DNA of 64,000 nucleotides from NCBI GenBank assembly GCA_031275405.1, contig JAISOV010000022.1, forward strand, positions 135-64,134. The letters run 5' to 3'. Source of the stretch: Clostridium sp. GTDB taxonomy: Bacteria > Bacillota > Clostridia > Lachnospirales > Lachnospiraceae. Positions 54,938 to 63,777 of the stretch are shown here, piece by piece. The number at the start of each line of letters is the position of its first letter. Within the stretch, counting starts at the first letter, position 1. A model generated the notes under the pieces. It searched no databases, was not told the DNA's origin, and worked only from the letters and a program-made list of their open reading frames with translations. The position numbers and the translations under genes are program-made.

Positions 54938-55648
54938 ATGTCAGTCATTCAGATCAGCAACCTGGTAAAACATTTTGGAAAATGCGCGGCGCTGAACGGC
55001 GTGAACCTGACGGTAAAACCGGGCGAGGTCCACGCGTTCCTCGGGCCAAACGGAGCGGGGAAGTCCACTACGATCCGCTGCCTGCTGGGGATCCTCCGGG
55101 CGACAAGCGGAAAACTGCTCCTGTTCGGGCAGGACGCGTGGACGGACGCTGTCGCGCTGCATAAGCGGCTTGCCTATGTCCCCGGCGACGTCAATCTGTG
55201 GGACAATTTCACCGGCGGGGAAGTCATCGACCTTTTTCTTTCTCTGCGCGGAACGAAGCCCGATCATAGAAAACGTGACAAATACCTTGCCCGTTTTGAA
55301 CTCGACCCGTCCAAGAAATGCCGCGCCTACAGCAAAGGCAACCGTCAGAAAGTCGCGCTGGTGGCGGCGTTCGCTTCGGAGGCGGAGCTGTTTGTCCTGG
55401 ATGAGCCGACCAGCGGGCTGGATCCTCTGCTGGAAAAGGTTTTCCAAGACTGTCTGGGCGAGATCCGGACACAGGGCAAGAGCGTTCTGCTGTCCAGCCA
55501 TATTATGGGCGAGGTGGAGAAGCTGGCGGACAGCATCAGCATGATCCGGGAGGGGGAAATCGTCCTGAACGGCACGATGGGCGAGCTTCGGAAGAAAGGC
55601 TCTACGCTGGAAGAGCTGTTCTTGTCGGAATATGAGGGGAGGGCGTGA
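54938..55648 (+). CDS. ABC transporter ATP-binding protein (ABC-2 exporter type)
   Basis: It has Walker A GPNGAGKST, signature YSKGNRQK and Walker B FVLDEPTSGLD. AAGGAGGG lies upstream of the ATG at 54938. Confidence 0.9.
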   Translation: MSVIQISNLVKHFGKCAALNGVNLTVKPGEVHAFLGPNGAGKSTTIRCLLGILRATSGKLLLFGQDAWTDAVALHKRLAYVPGDVNLWDNFTGGEVIDLFLSLRGTKPDHRKRDKYLARFELDPSKKCRAYSKGNRQKVALVAAFASEAELFVLDEPTSGLDPLLEKVFQDCLGEIRTQGKSVLLSSHIMGEVEKLADSISMIREGEIVLNGTMGELRKKGSTLEELFLSEYEGRA

Positions 55649-55650
55649 CG

Positions 55651-57246
55651 ATGGCCGCAAATTTCGGTAAATACATGCGCTTTATCGCACGGCGGGAGCG
55701 CGTCGCCGGTCTGGTCTGGATGGCCGCGCTCGTGCTGTTCCTGACGGCAATGGCGGCGATATTCCCGGGTCTGTTCCCGACCCAAGAAGCCCTCGTCAGC
55801 ATGGCGGCGACACTGGACACGCCGGCGATGGCCGCGATGATAGGGCCGGTCTATGGACTGGACCGAATCAGCCCCGCGATTGCTATGGCGCAGGAATGTC
55901 TGCTGTGGACCGCGGTTGCCGCGATGGTGATGAATATCTTGTTTGTGAACCGCCACACGCGCGCGGACGAGGAACTTGGGCGGCAGGAAATGCTCGCGGC
56001 GCTCCCGGTCGGCCGGCTCGCGGGCAGCGCGGCGACGCTGGCCTGCGCGTTTGCGCTGGACGCCGCGATCTCTCTATTCGCCGCGCTCGGGATACTGGCT
56101 GTAAATATCGAAGGCATAACGGCTGCGGGCGCTTTCTGCTACGCTTTTTCCATAGGTACGCAGGGCTTCCTGTTCGCGGCCGTCACGCTTCTTACGGCGC
56201 AGCTGTTCTCTACGGCCCGCGGCAGTATGGGCGCGGCATTCTCCGTGCTGGGGGTGTCGTATGTCCTCCGCGCAGCCGGGGATATGGCCGGCAACGCGCT
56301 GTCCGTTATCTCGCCGATGGGACTGGGACTAAAAGTACAGGCGTTCTACACCGACGCTTTCTGGCCTGTGGCCGCGCTGTTCCTGGAAGCTGTCGTCATC
56401 ACGGCAGCGGCGCTGATCCTCCACGCGAAGCGCGACGTCGGCGCGGGCGTGTTCGCCGCCCGCAAAGGCAGGACAGGCGCGTCGCGTCTGCTGCAAAGCC
56501 CGTTTGGTTTCGCCTGGCGGTTAAGCCGGGGCAGTTTCCTGGCGTGGGCGATCGCGTTCACCGTCCTTGGCGCGATGTACGGCACGGTCGTCGGAGAAAT
56601 CGACTCGTTCGCCGAAGGCAACGATATGATCAGACAGCTGCTGACGGCCCAGGGAGGGGGAGCCGGCTCGCTCGCGGAGGCGTATCTGCCCATGCTGTGC
56701 GGTACCATGGCACTTTTAGCGTCCGTTCCCGTGATCGGCACGGTGAGCCGGTTGCGCTCCGAGGAAAAGCGCGGCAGAATAGAGCAGATTTTCGCCTGTG
56801 CGGTACCGAGAGCCTCAATCTTCGGCAGTTTCGTGGCAATCGCGGCGGCCGAAGCCATCCTCTTTTCCTTTTTAAGCGCGTTCGGACTGTACGTCACGTC
56901 ACAAGGCACGGGCTGCCTGTCGTTCGGCACGATCATGGGCGCTTCGTTCGTCTATGTCCCGGCGATCTTTACGCTTGCGGGCCTGACCGCGTTCCTTGTC
57001 GGCTGCTTTCCGAAACTGACCGCGTTCGTATGGGCGTTGTTCGGGTACTCGTTCTTCCTGCTGTATTTTGAGCGGCTGTTCGACGTGCCGGAATGGGCGG
57101 CAAAAATTTCGCCGTTCGGCAATGTGCCCGGATACCCGGTGCAGGAGCTTGCCGCCGCGCCGCTGACCGTATTGTGCGTGGCCGCAGCCGCGCTGTCCGC
57201 AGCCGGTTATCTGGCGGGCTACCGGCGGCGCGACGTAAGGGCGTAG
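55651..57246 (+). CDS. ABC-2-type exporter permease (about 12 TM)
   Basis: This very hydrophobic ~530-aa protein lies directly after the ATPase gene. The ATG at 55651 is 7 nt after GAGGGGAGGG. The GTG at 55645 is an alternative start. Confidence 0.75.
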   Translation: MAANFGKYMRFIARRERVAGLVWMAALVLFLTAMAAIFPGLFPTQEALVSMAATLDTPAMAAMIGPVYGLDRISPAIAMAQECLLWTAVAAMVMNILFVNRHTRADEELGRQEMLAALPVGRLAGSAATLACAFALDAAISLFAALGILAVNIEGITAAGAFCYAFSIGTQGFLFAAVTLLTAQLFSTARGSMGAAFSVLGVSYVLRAAGDMAGNALSVISPMGLGLKVQAFYTDAFWPVAALFLEAVVITAAALILHAKRDVGAGVFAARKGRTGASRLLQSPFGFAWRLSRGSFLAWAIAFTVLGAMYGTVVGEIDSFAEGNDMIRQLLTAQGGGAGSLAEAYLPMLCGTMALLASVPVIGTVSRLRSEEKRGRIEQIFACAVPRASIFGSFVAIAAAEAILFSFLSAFGLYVTSQGTGCLSFGTIMGASFVYVPAIFTLAGLTAFLVGCFPKLTAFVWALFGYSFFLLYFERLFDVPEWAAKISPFGNVPGYPVQELAAAPLTVLCVAAAALSAAGYLAGYRRRDVRA

Positions 57247-57275
57247 CGCAGGCAAAGAAAGGCAGGAACAGGAAG

Positions 57276-58268
57276 ATGAAACCAAAAAAATCCCTTTACT
57301 CTCCGCCGGAGCAGGAGTATCCGGTGGAAACCGGCTGTCTGCGGTTGCCTAAACCGCCTTTGCCCGAAGATCCGGCAGAATCCCCGACCGACGGCGACGG
57401 CTGGCGGCAGGACGGCCTGGAGATCCTGCTGGTGCAAAGCGGCCAGCTCGACGTCCGGACGCCGCAGAAAGCTTTCCTATTGCGGTCCGGACAGGGGATT
57501 TTTCTGAGCCGGGGCCAGTTCCCTGAGCTTTGCCCTGCCAACGGACAGGAAACCTTGCTGCATTTCCTGAGATTCCACCCCTCTTTCCTGTTCGGGCATA
57601 TCGGAACTTCCCTTAGCCTGAAATACCTGATTCCCCTGATCACTTCTCCGCAGCTTGCCTGCCTGCCGCTGGATCCGGATCAGGACACCCATGCTCTCCT
57701 GCTTTCCACCGTCAGGCAGATCTGGGAGACCGACCAGAACCGGCCAGCTGCTTATGAACTGGAAGTGAAGGAGCTTTTATGCCGTTTCTTCCGCCTCCTG
57801 CTCCCGCTGGCGGAAGAAAGCCAGGTTCCTGTCCGGGAACCTGGCTTAGAAAAGGCGCTCCATACTTTTCTGTATGACGACTCCCGGATCCGTCAGGCCA
57901 TCCGGTTTATCGAAGAGCATTATATGGACACTCTGTCACTGGAGGATATTTCTAATTCCATCCATCTGAGCAAAAGCGAATGCTGCCGCTGCTTCCGGCG
58001 CTCGCTCGGGATCACTCCCTTTGAATATCTGACAAAATACCGGATTTTTGAATCCATCCGCAGAATACAGGCAAGGTCTATGGAAAAGGAAAGCATTTCC
58101 GACCTGGCTTTTTCCGTGGGATTTAACAGCGCCAGCTATTACAGCAAGCTGTTCCGAAAATATGTGCATTGCACGCCGCTGGAATACCGGCGCAGAAACA
58201 GTATCCGGCGCGAGCCCTATGCCGAACTCGCGCAGGCGCGCGGCGACGGCTTCCGGACGCAAGAGTAG
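57276..58268 (+). CDS. AraC family transcriptional regulator
   Basis: The C-terminal double HTH is LSLEDISNSIHLSKSECCRCFRRSLGITPFEYLTKYRI...DLAFSVGFNSASYYSKLFRKYVHCTPLEYRR. The N-terminal sensor is cupin-like. The start was trimmed to the ATG at 57276. Confidence 0.85.
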   Translation: MKPKKSLYSPPEQEYPVETGCLRLPKPPLPEDPAESPTDGDGWRQDGLEILLVQSGQLDVRTPQKAFLLRSGQGIFLSRGQFPELCPANGQETLLHFLRFHPSFLFGHIGTSLSLKYLIPLITSPQLACLPLDPDQDTHALLLSTVRQIWETDQNRPAAYELEVKELLCRFFRLLLPLAEESQVPVREPGLEKALHTFLYDDSRIRQAIRFIEEHYMDTLSLEDISNSIHLSKSECCRCFRRSLGITPFEYLTKYRIFESIRRIQARSMEKESISDLAFSVGFNSASYYSKLFRKYVHCTPLEYRRRNSIRREPYAELAQARGDGFRTQE

Positions 58269-58343
58269 GGGCGGCTTCCGGGCATGGCCGCAGAGACAGG
58301 CTCCCGGCACAGCCGAGCCGCAGGGACGGCTTCCGGCCTGTCT

Positions 58344-59669
58344 CTAGCCTGCCGTTTCCGGCATTTCATACTTTACCTTATCTTCCACCGTAATCTCTTT
58401 TCCCAGCTGGACTTCAATGACCCTTAACTCGCTGTCCGCGATCAGGGTATGTCTGCACCCGGCTTTCATGGCGACGACGTCTCCGGGCCGAACCGCTTTT
58501 TCTTTCCCGTCCAGAATGGCGCGGCCGCGGCCGCCGACCACCGTCCATACCTCGTCCCGCTGTTCATGGCTATGGTAATGGAGGCTGTTTCCGGGCAGTA
58601 AGACGATTTTGATCGTCATACTGTCCTCCTGGACGTCCAGCACGCGAAAGCTTCCCCAGGATTTTTCCGCATACCGCACCTGTTTTTCCATCTGCTCCAC
58701 AAAGGGCTTGATATAGGAACTCTGCTCCTTGTCCGCTATGAGGATGCCGTCATTGCTGGCGGCGATGACCAGGTTCCGGCAACCCATGCCAAGGACGGGA
58801 ATGTTCAGTTCGTTGACCACATGGGTATTTTCACAGGACTCATTCCGGAACACTTTCCCTAAACTCCGCGTGGCCATCGCCTCCGTAAAGGTATTCCAGG
58901 TACCCAGATCTTTCCATTCTCCGGCGTACCGCAGCACCCGGATGTCCGGCTCTTTTTCCGCCACCGCGTAATCAAAGCTGATCGCTTGCTGTTCCGGATA
59001 ACGACGGAAGAAATCCCGGTAATCGTCAAAGCCGATCTTTTCACGCGCGCATTTCAGCAGATACCCCAGCCTGGCGGCAAAGACCCCCCCGTTCCACAAG
59101 GCTCCCCGCCGCAGATAAGACCTGGCCGTTTCCATATCCGGCTTTTCCCGGAAAGCATCGACCCGGCTGATACGCGCAGGATCCACCGGGAGGATATAGC
59201 CGTATTTCTCACTGGGATAAGTCGGCTCGATCCCCATCAGGAACAGGCTTGTCTCCCCTTTCGCGGCGAGGCCGGACAGTTCTTTCAAGGATTCAAAATA
59301 AGCGGCCTCCACATAAGGATCCACCGGACAGACCACCACCGGCTCGTCTTCCCTTAATTTCTGTTCTTCCCGCAGATAGAGCGCCGTCAGACAGATGGCT
59401 GGAAAAGTATCCCTGCGTTCCGGTTCCACGCACACACGTACCTTATCCCCAAGCTGGTTCCGGATCTGGCTGACCTGTTTCTTACTGGCGGCAATCGTAA
59501 TGTTTGCCCCGGGATCCGCCGCGATGATCTGGCGGTATACCCGCTGAACCATGGATTCCAGTTCTCCGGCGTCACTGCGGAACATCCGCACAAACTGCTT
59601 GGAGCGTATGTCATTGGACAGAGGCCAAAGACGCTTCCCGCTCCCCCCCGACAATAAGATGATGTTCAC
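58344..59669 (-). CDS. mannose-1-phosphate guanylyltransferase with C-terminal cupin domain
   Basis: The N-terminal nucleotidyltransferase motif is LLSGGSGKRLWPLS. The C-terminal cupin block is PGNSLHYHSHEQRDEVWTVVGG. Confidence 0.85.
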   Translation of the reverse strand: MNIILLSGGSGKRLWPLSNDIRSKQFVRMFRSDAGELESMVQRVYRQIIAADPGANITIAASKKQVSQIRNQLGDKVRVCVEPERRDTFPAICLTALYLREEQKLREDEPVVVCPVDPYVEAAYFESLKELSGLAAKGETSLFLMGIEPTYPSEKYGYILPVDPARISRVDAFREKPDMETARSYLRRGALWNGGVFAARLGYLLKCAREKIGFDDYRDFFRRYPEQQAISFDYAVAEKEPDIRVLRYAGEWKDLGTWNTFTEAMATRSLGKVFRNESCENTHVVNELNIPVLGMGCRNLVIAASNDGILIADKEQSSYIKPFVEQMEKQVRYAEKSWGSFRVLDVQEDSMTIKIVLLPGNSLHYHSHEQRDEVWTVVGGRGRAILDGKEKAVRPGDVVAMKAGCRHTLIADSELRVIEVQLGKEITVEDKVKYEMPETAG

Positions 59670-60256
59670 CGCGTCCGCGCTTCCTCTCCATCGTGATATA
59701 CGATCCCCTCCGCCAGGCTCCGGGCTTTTTCCCTGCCGCAGAAGATTTCCGTAATCGCCAGGGAGAACGGAATGGCTGTTCCCATACCCCTGGAAGTGAC
59801 CACGGTTCCGGACACCGCCACTGCTTCCCGGGACACCTGCGCGCCCTCCAGGTGGCTTTCCAAGGCCGGGTAAGAACAGGCCTTCCTGCCTTTCAGCATT
59901 CCCCGGTGTCCCAGGATACTGGGAGCGGCGCAGATGGCCGCCACATATTTTCCCGCCCGGTAAAATTCTTCCAGCCGTTCCATCAGCCCCCCATGCGCCT
60001 CCAGATTCTTCGTACCCAAGCCGCCCCCCGGCAGAACGATCATGTCCAGCCGCGTAAAATCCACTTCCTCAAATACGGTATCTGCCCGGACGACGATCCC
60101 ATGCGCGCCTTCCACAAGTTTTCTTTCCCGCGGCTCTCCGCCGCCGCGCACCGACACCACGCTTACCTCCAGCTCCGCGCGGCGGCAGACGTCCACTACG
60201 GTCAAGGCTTCGATTTCTTCAAACCCCTCCGCAAGAAAAACCGCCAGCTTACTCAT
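59666..60256 (-). CDS. DJ-1/PfpI (ThiJ) family protein
   Basis: Recognised blocks are VFLAEGFEEIEALTVVDVCRRA, LPGG and the nucleophile-elbow block AAICAAPSILG. The start was trimmed to the ATG at 60256. The stop overlaps the next gene's start by 4 nt. Confidence 0.85.
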   Translation of the reverse strand: MSKLAVFLAEGFEEIEALTVVDVCRRAELEVSVVSVRGGGEPRERKLVEGAHGIVVRADTVFEEVDFTRLDMIVLPGGGLGTKNLEAHGGLMERLEEFYRAGKYVAAICAAPSILGHRGMLKGRKACSYPALESHLEGAQVSREAVAVSGTVVTSRGMGTAIPFSLAITEIFCGREKARSLAEGIVYHDGEEARTR

Positions 60257-60794
60257 TATGAACTCCTTTCTGTCGGAAAAATCCCGCATCTCTGTCGGCA
60301 TACCCGAGCGCCATATGGGAATTGTGGTATTCTTCCCGATAAGTGACCTCTTCGGCGAACCAGTCCGGAGGAAGGAAGGCTTCGGCGGCTTCCAGGCTGG
60401 GAAATTCCACCTCCGCCATCACCAAAGGCGCGAGCGGAGGGTCAAAGACATCCAATTCGATGGTCAGCGGAACGCCTTCCCGGAAGTCCGGCTCCAAGGG
60501 AATCAAATATCTTTTTTTGGAAATGATCCGTCCGTCCGCTTTTTCCCTGAGATGACAGTAAGCCTCCTCGCTAATCGGTACGCTGGTCTCTTCCCTGACC
60601 AGCATACCGGAGCCTTTGCAGGTCAGGTGATATTCGGAATCCTCTTTCCGAACCCGCACGACCGGATTGGTACATAAATAAGCCTGCTCCATCCGGCGGC
60701 AGGGATACTGTGACAGATCCTCCGGGATGGACCGCACCGTGTATTTGCGCTCTATTTCCATCATCTTCCGCTTCCTATCCACTTTCTTTTCCAT
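60249..60794 (-). CDS. CYTH-domain protein (CyaB/ThTPase-like triphosphate tunnel enzyme)
   Basis: The EIERKY motif is near the N-terminus, followed by later acidic and basic beta-strand motifs (VRVRK, ELDVF and AEVEF). GGAGGAAGCC lies upstream of the ATG at 60794. Confidence 0.8.
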   Translation of the reverse strand: MEKKVDRKRKMMEIERKYTVRSIPEDLSQYPCRRMEQAYLCTNPVVRVRKEDSEYHLTCKGSGMLVREETSVPISEEAYCHLREKADGRIISKKRYLIPLEPDFREGVPLTIELDVFDPPLAPLVMAEVEFPSLEAAEAFLPPDWFAEEVTYREEYHNSHMALGYADRDAGFFRQKGVHNE

Positions 60795-60857
60795 AGGCTT
60801 CCTCCGCAGGGCGCGTTCCGCGCCGTTCCAGAGCCGGAATCCGCATAAGCGTATCGC

Positions 60858-60890
60858 GGCGCACAGGACGCGCCTTTGATCGGAAGCCGC
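60858..60890. repeat. partial, inverted third copy of the 94-bp repeat family seen at 30001-30192
   Basis: ggcgcacaggacgcgcctttgatcggaagccgc matches the reverse complement of 30027-30059 (ggcgcacagggcgcgcctttgatcagaagccgc) at 31 of 33 positions. Confidence 0.65.
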
Positions 60891-61002
60891 TTGGCCGCTA
60901 TATGATATTATAAAGCCGCACAGCGGTTTTGTAAAGGGCTAACCGTCTTTCTATCCACGGCAGCGGAAATCCGTGAAAGCTCAAAAACACAAAAATACCC
61001 TA

Positions 61003-61096
61003 TTGACAGGCTCGACTGGTTTTGCTATCATGAGATCCTAAAGTTTGCACGACAAAGACAAAAAGGCTTGACTTTTCAGGAAGATGGCGGTATAAT
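61003..61096 (+). promoter_or_regulatory. two candidate promoters upstream of the repeat-containing acyltransferase gene
   Basis: P1 is ttgaca (61003-61008), a 17-nt spacer and tatcat (61026-61031). P2 is ttgact (61068-61073), a 17-nt spacer and tataat (61091-61096). The P2 -10 ends 1 nt before the ATG at 61098, so only P1 could produce a transcript that includes this ATG. Confidence 0.45.
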
Positions 61097-61097
61097 A

Positions 61098-62372
61098 ATG
61101 GATGGCAACAGGCAACAGGCAACAGGCAACAGGCAACAGGCAACAGGCAACAGGCAACAGGCAACAGGCAACAGGCAACAGGCAACAGGCAACAGGCAAC
61201 AGGCAACAGGCAACAGCGCATTCACTATCCAGTCGCAAACCATTGACTGGCTGCGCTTTCTTTTTATACTCTTTGTGGTTTTTATTCACGCCACTCCGGA
61301 AGTCTTTGATGTTTCCAGCATTGATTTCAGCAGGTTTACAGGGAACGATTTTAACACATTGCTCTATAGCGTTATAGAGAGCATTGCCAGCATATGTAAT
61401 AACGGTTTTTTTGTGTTCTCAGGCTATCTTTTCTTTCGTAATATTCAGACATTTAACAGGAGTACCTATACTTCCAAAATAAAAACTCGCTTTTTTACGC
61501 TTATGATCCCTTATTTTTTATGGCAAATTATCGCCGTCGGCTTAGGAGTTCCACAAAAAATCGCCGGTGCTATTCTGAAAGGCAGCGCACAAAAAATGAC
61601 GCTTGCCGAATGGTTTGTTGAGTTAAAGGGCAAAGGGGTTTTGTCGATTTTCTGGGATTACAACATGGACACGGCCGCTTCCAATATCTTTGGGCAGCCA
61701 ACGCCGGCTTCTTTTAGCCCATATCTGTATCCTTTTTGGTTTTTGCAGAATTTGATCATGGTTTCGCTGCTGGCGCCTCTGTTTTACATTTTTATAAAAA
61801 ATCTCAAGGCCTTTTCCTTAGCAATCCTTGGCGCGCTTTATCTGACCGGCATTTGGTTTGTTCCCATACCACAATTATCAGCTGTCTTTTTCTTCGCTTT
61901 TGGCGCATACTTTGGTGTTTTTAACAAAAATCTTATTTTGGAGTTGCGGAAATATAAAACTGCATTGTATTTCGTTACCTTAACAACTTTCTTATGTAGC
62001 TTGACCATATCCATTTTCTTTGCGGACAAATCAGGCTGCGCTGACTACATAGGCCATATTTTCAAATTTTCCTGTACTCTTTCGTCAATGGTACTTGCGT
62101 CATATTGGGTAGAGAGCCAGAAAATAAAAGCAAATCAACTTTTAACAAAGTCCATATTTTTCGTGTATGCATTACATACAATCATTGTGCTGCCTGCGGC
62201 TGACTTCATTTTTAGCACCATTACACGTCATTCTGATTTTTGGCTTGCAGACACAATTCGCTTCCCCTTTGTAACGGTCACGACCACTCTTGTTTGCGTA
62301 GGCATATATTGGTTTCTGACTCAGTTCCAGTATTTACGTCCTATTGCAAAGGTTCTTTCCGGCAACCGCTAA
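61098..62372 (+). CDS. acyltransferase family 3 (membrane O-acyltransferase) with N-terminal (GNRQQAT)n tract
   Basis: After the repeat comes the typical acyltransferase_3 start IDWLRFLFILFVVFIHA, followed by ~10 TM segments. The gene is AT-rich. The ATG at 61098 is in frame through the 16 repeat units. There is no alternative in-frame start before the first TM segment. Confidence 0.85.
   Translation: MDGNRQQATGNRQQATGNRQQATGNRQQATGNRQQATGNSAFTIQSQTIDWLRFLFILFVVFIHATPEVFDVSSIDFSRFTGNDFNTLLYSVIESIASICNNGFFVFSGYLFFRNIQTFNRSTYTSKIKTRFFTLMIPYFLWQIIAVGLGVPQKIAGAILKGSAQKMTLAEWFVELKGKGVLSIFWDYNMDTAASNIFGQPTPASFSPYLYPFWFLQNLIMVSLLAPLFYIFIKNLKAFSLAILGALYLTGIWFVPIPQLSAVFFFAFGAYFGVFNKNLILELRKYKTALYFVTLTTFLCSLTISIFFADKSGCADYIGHIFKFSCTLSSMVLASYWVESQKIKANQLLTKSIFFVYALHTIIVLPAADFIFSTITRHSDFWLADTIRFPFVTVTTTLVCVGIYWFLTQFQYLRPIAKVLSGNR
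61104..61215. repeat. (GGCAACA)16 perfect heptanucleotide tandem repeat
   Basis: Counted directly: 112 nt from 61104 to 61215, making 16 uninterrupted units. The tract lies inside the 5' end of the acyltransferase ORF. Confidence 0.98.
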
Positions 62373-62749
62373 GCATAACTACGCCCTCTTTTTTGGATAC
62401 AACGTCAAATGCCTTTGCACCCCTCCAACGTGTCCATACGGGCATGATCGTTATCCACGCCGCGAAAGCGCGTGCCGATGTCACCGCAGCAGTTTATCAT
62501 AAAAAAATTTCCTCGGTCGCCAAAATTTCAATCTTCTGGTCTTTGAGTTCCCTGTCAGATAGCCTCCGTAATTTGTTATCATGTTCATAAAGTCCACCAT
62601 GTAAAGCGTTTATTTGCATTCCGTTGCGCTAAATGCCCATCATTTTACAGTTTGCCAAAAGGCAAATCATTCTGAATCTCCCATGAACTTTGGCAGGGCT
62701 TGTGGTGAAATTCAAAGTGTAGTTTTATATCCGATAGAGGGGAGCGTCA

Positions 62750-63110
62750 ATGGATCATCTCGTTGAAGACTGGTTGGGGATAGCCGAATACGATTTTGAA
62801 ACCGCGAAAGTTGTTACAGGCAAAGCGGTTCTTTACGTCATTGCTGTATTACCAGACAATCAAAAAGCAGTCAAAGCCATTATTTCCCGCCACTGCACCG
62901 CTGATGAAATACCGCCGAAAATTCACGATCTGACGAAGCTTGCCATACGGGCAGAGCTTTTGGATGTGATGAGCAAGGAACAACAAAATTCCATGGAGGA
63001 CTGAAACCCTTGAACATAGAAGCAAGGTATCCCGAATACAAAGAGCGCATGGCGCAAATGCTTCATCGTGGAACGTGCGCCGCGCTCATTGAGAAAACGG
63101 AGGGACTATG
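62750..63110 (+). pseudogene. HEPN-domain protein (toxin-like partner of the MNT gene), frameshifted
   Basis: The N-terminal part (62750-63004) has WLGIAEYDFETAK...QKAVKAII...IHDLTKLA. The C-terminal part LKPLNIEARYPEYKERMAQML...TEGL continues in another frame from ~63001 to the TGA at 63108-63110. That TGA overlaps the MNT ATG (ATGA). A 1-nt loss near 62999-63001 explains the break. Confidence 0.65.
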
Positions 63111-63413
63111 AGGCCGGATCCAACCGTCATAAATACCGTATCCAAATACGCCGATGTAGTGACAAAACAGTTTTCACCGGCGGCTATGCTTCTTGGTTCT
63201 TACGCAAAGAGCGAAGCAAACGACGAGAGCGACATGGATGTTGCCGTCGTCTTTAACGGTTTTTCCGGGGATTGGCTGAAAGCCTCGTCTTTGCTGTGGC
63301 GTATGCGTCGCGGCATAAGTTATGATATTGAGCGGCATTTGCTTGATACCGCCGCCGACAAGCGGTTTTATGCGCCACATTTCAAAATAGGGCAAATGAT
63401 TGATCAAGCGTAA
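63108..63413 (+). CDS. nucleotidyltransferase-domain protein (MNT, antitoxin-like)
   Basis: It carries the minimal nucleotidyltransferase motif LLGSYAKSEANDESDMDVAVVF. The protein is 101 aa. Confidence 0.8.
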   Translation: MRPDPTVINTVSKYADVVTKQFSPAAMLLGSYAKSEANDESDMDVAVVFNGFSGDWLKASSLLWRMRRGISYDIERHLLDTAADKRFYAPHFKIGQMIDQA

Positions 63414-63556
63414 AAAAATTCTTTGTACTCTTCCAGATCCAAAACAACATATCGACCGTGAACGTTTTTCGTCAGAAAGACGGGCGCACCAACGACAACA
63501 TCTTGCAAAACTTCGCCATGCTTCCTCAAATCAGAGATTGGTTGAATGGCAGGCAT
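63404..63556 (-). pseudogene. truncated Phd/YefM-type antitoxin (N-terminal ~50 aa only)
   Basis: MPAIQPISDLRKHGEVLQDVVVGAPVFLTKNVHGRYVVLDLEEYKEFF matches the Phd/YefM N-terminal fold pattern. There is no C-terminal toxin-binding part and no toxin gene downstream. The RBS is weak. Confidence 0.45.
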
Positions 63557-63625
63557 ACTTCCGTAAGAATAGGTGAGGACACCCCAAAAACGATCTTTTG
63601 ATTTCTGGGATTTTCCAAGCGCCCG

Positions 63626-63654
63626 TTGAAGTTTCAGGCTTTTTGTGCTATCCT
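63626..63654 (+). promoter_or_regulatory. candidate crcB promoter (TTGAAG-17-TGcTATCCT)
   Basis: ttgaag lies at 63626-63631, followed by a 17-nt spacer and tatcct at 63649-63654. An extended -10 TG is at 63646-63647. Confidence 0.4.
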
Positions 63655-63777
63655 GAAAGTCCATGAGAGAAGAAAGCGCTGCCCGCCGCTTAGCCCTTTG
63701 TGTGCCGGAAACGGGAGAATGCTTATCTGCGCCCCAGCTGATGGCTTCCGCGATATTGCGCTTTCGGGAGGATAGAG

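Noticed and set aside
61000-61289. Minus-strand ORFs encoding CCLLPVACCLLPVA repeats, and the + strand ORF 61102-61377.
   Set aside because: They are alternative-frame or reverse readings of the (GGCAACA)16 tract. Only the frame continuing into the acyltransferase_3 body has family support.
63660-63777. A fluoride riboswitch (crcB motif) upstream of crcB.
   Set aside because: Only the 3' part (CUGAUGGCUUCC at ~63749-63760) resembles the conserved CUGAUG..CCU segment. I could not build the 5' GGnGAUGG / P1 pairing or the pseudoknot by eye. An Infernal scan with RF01734 would settle it.
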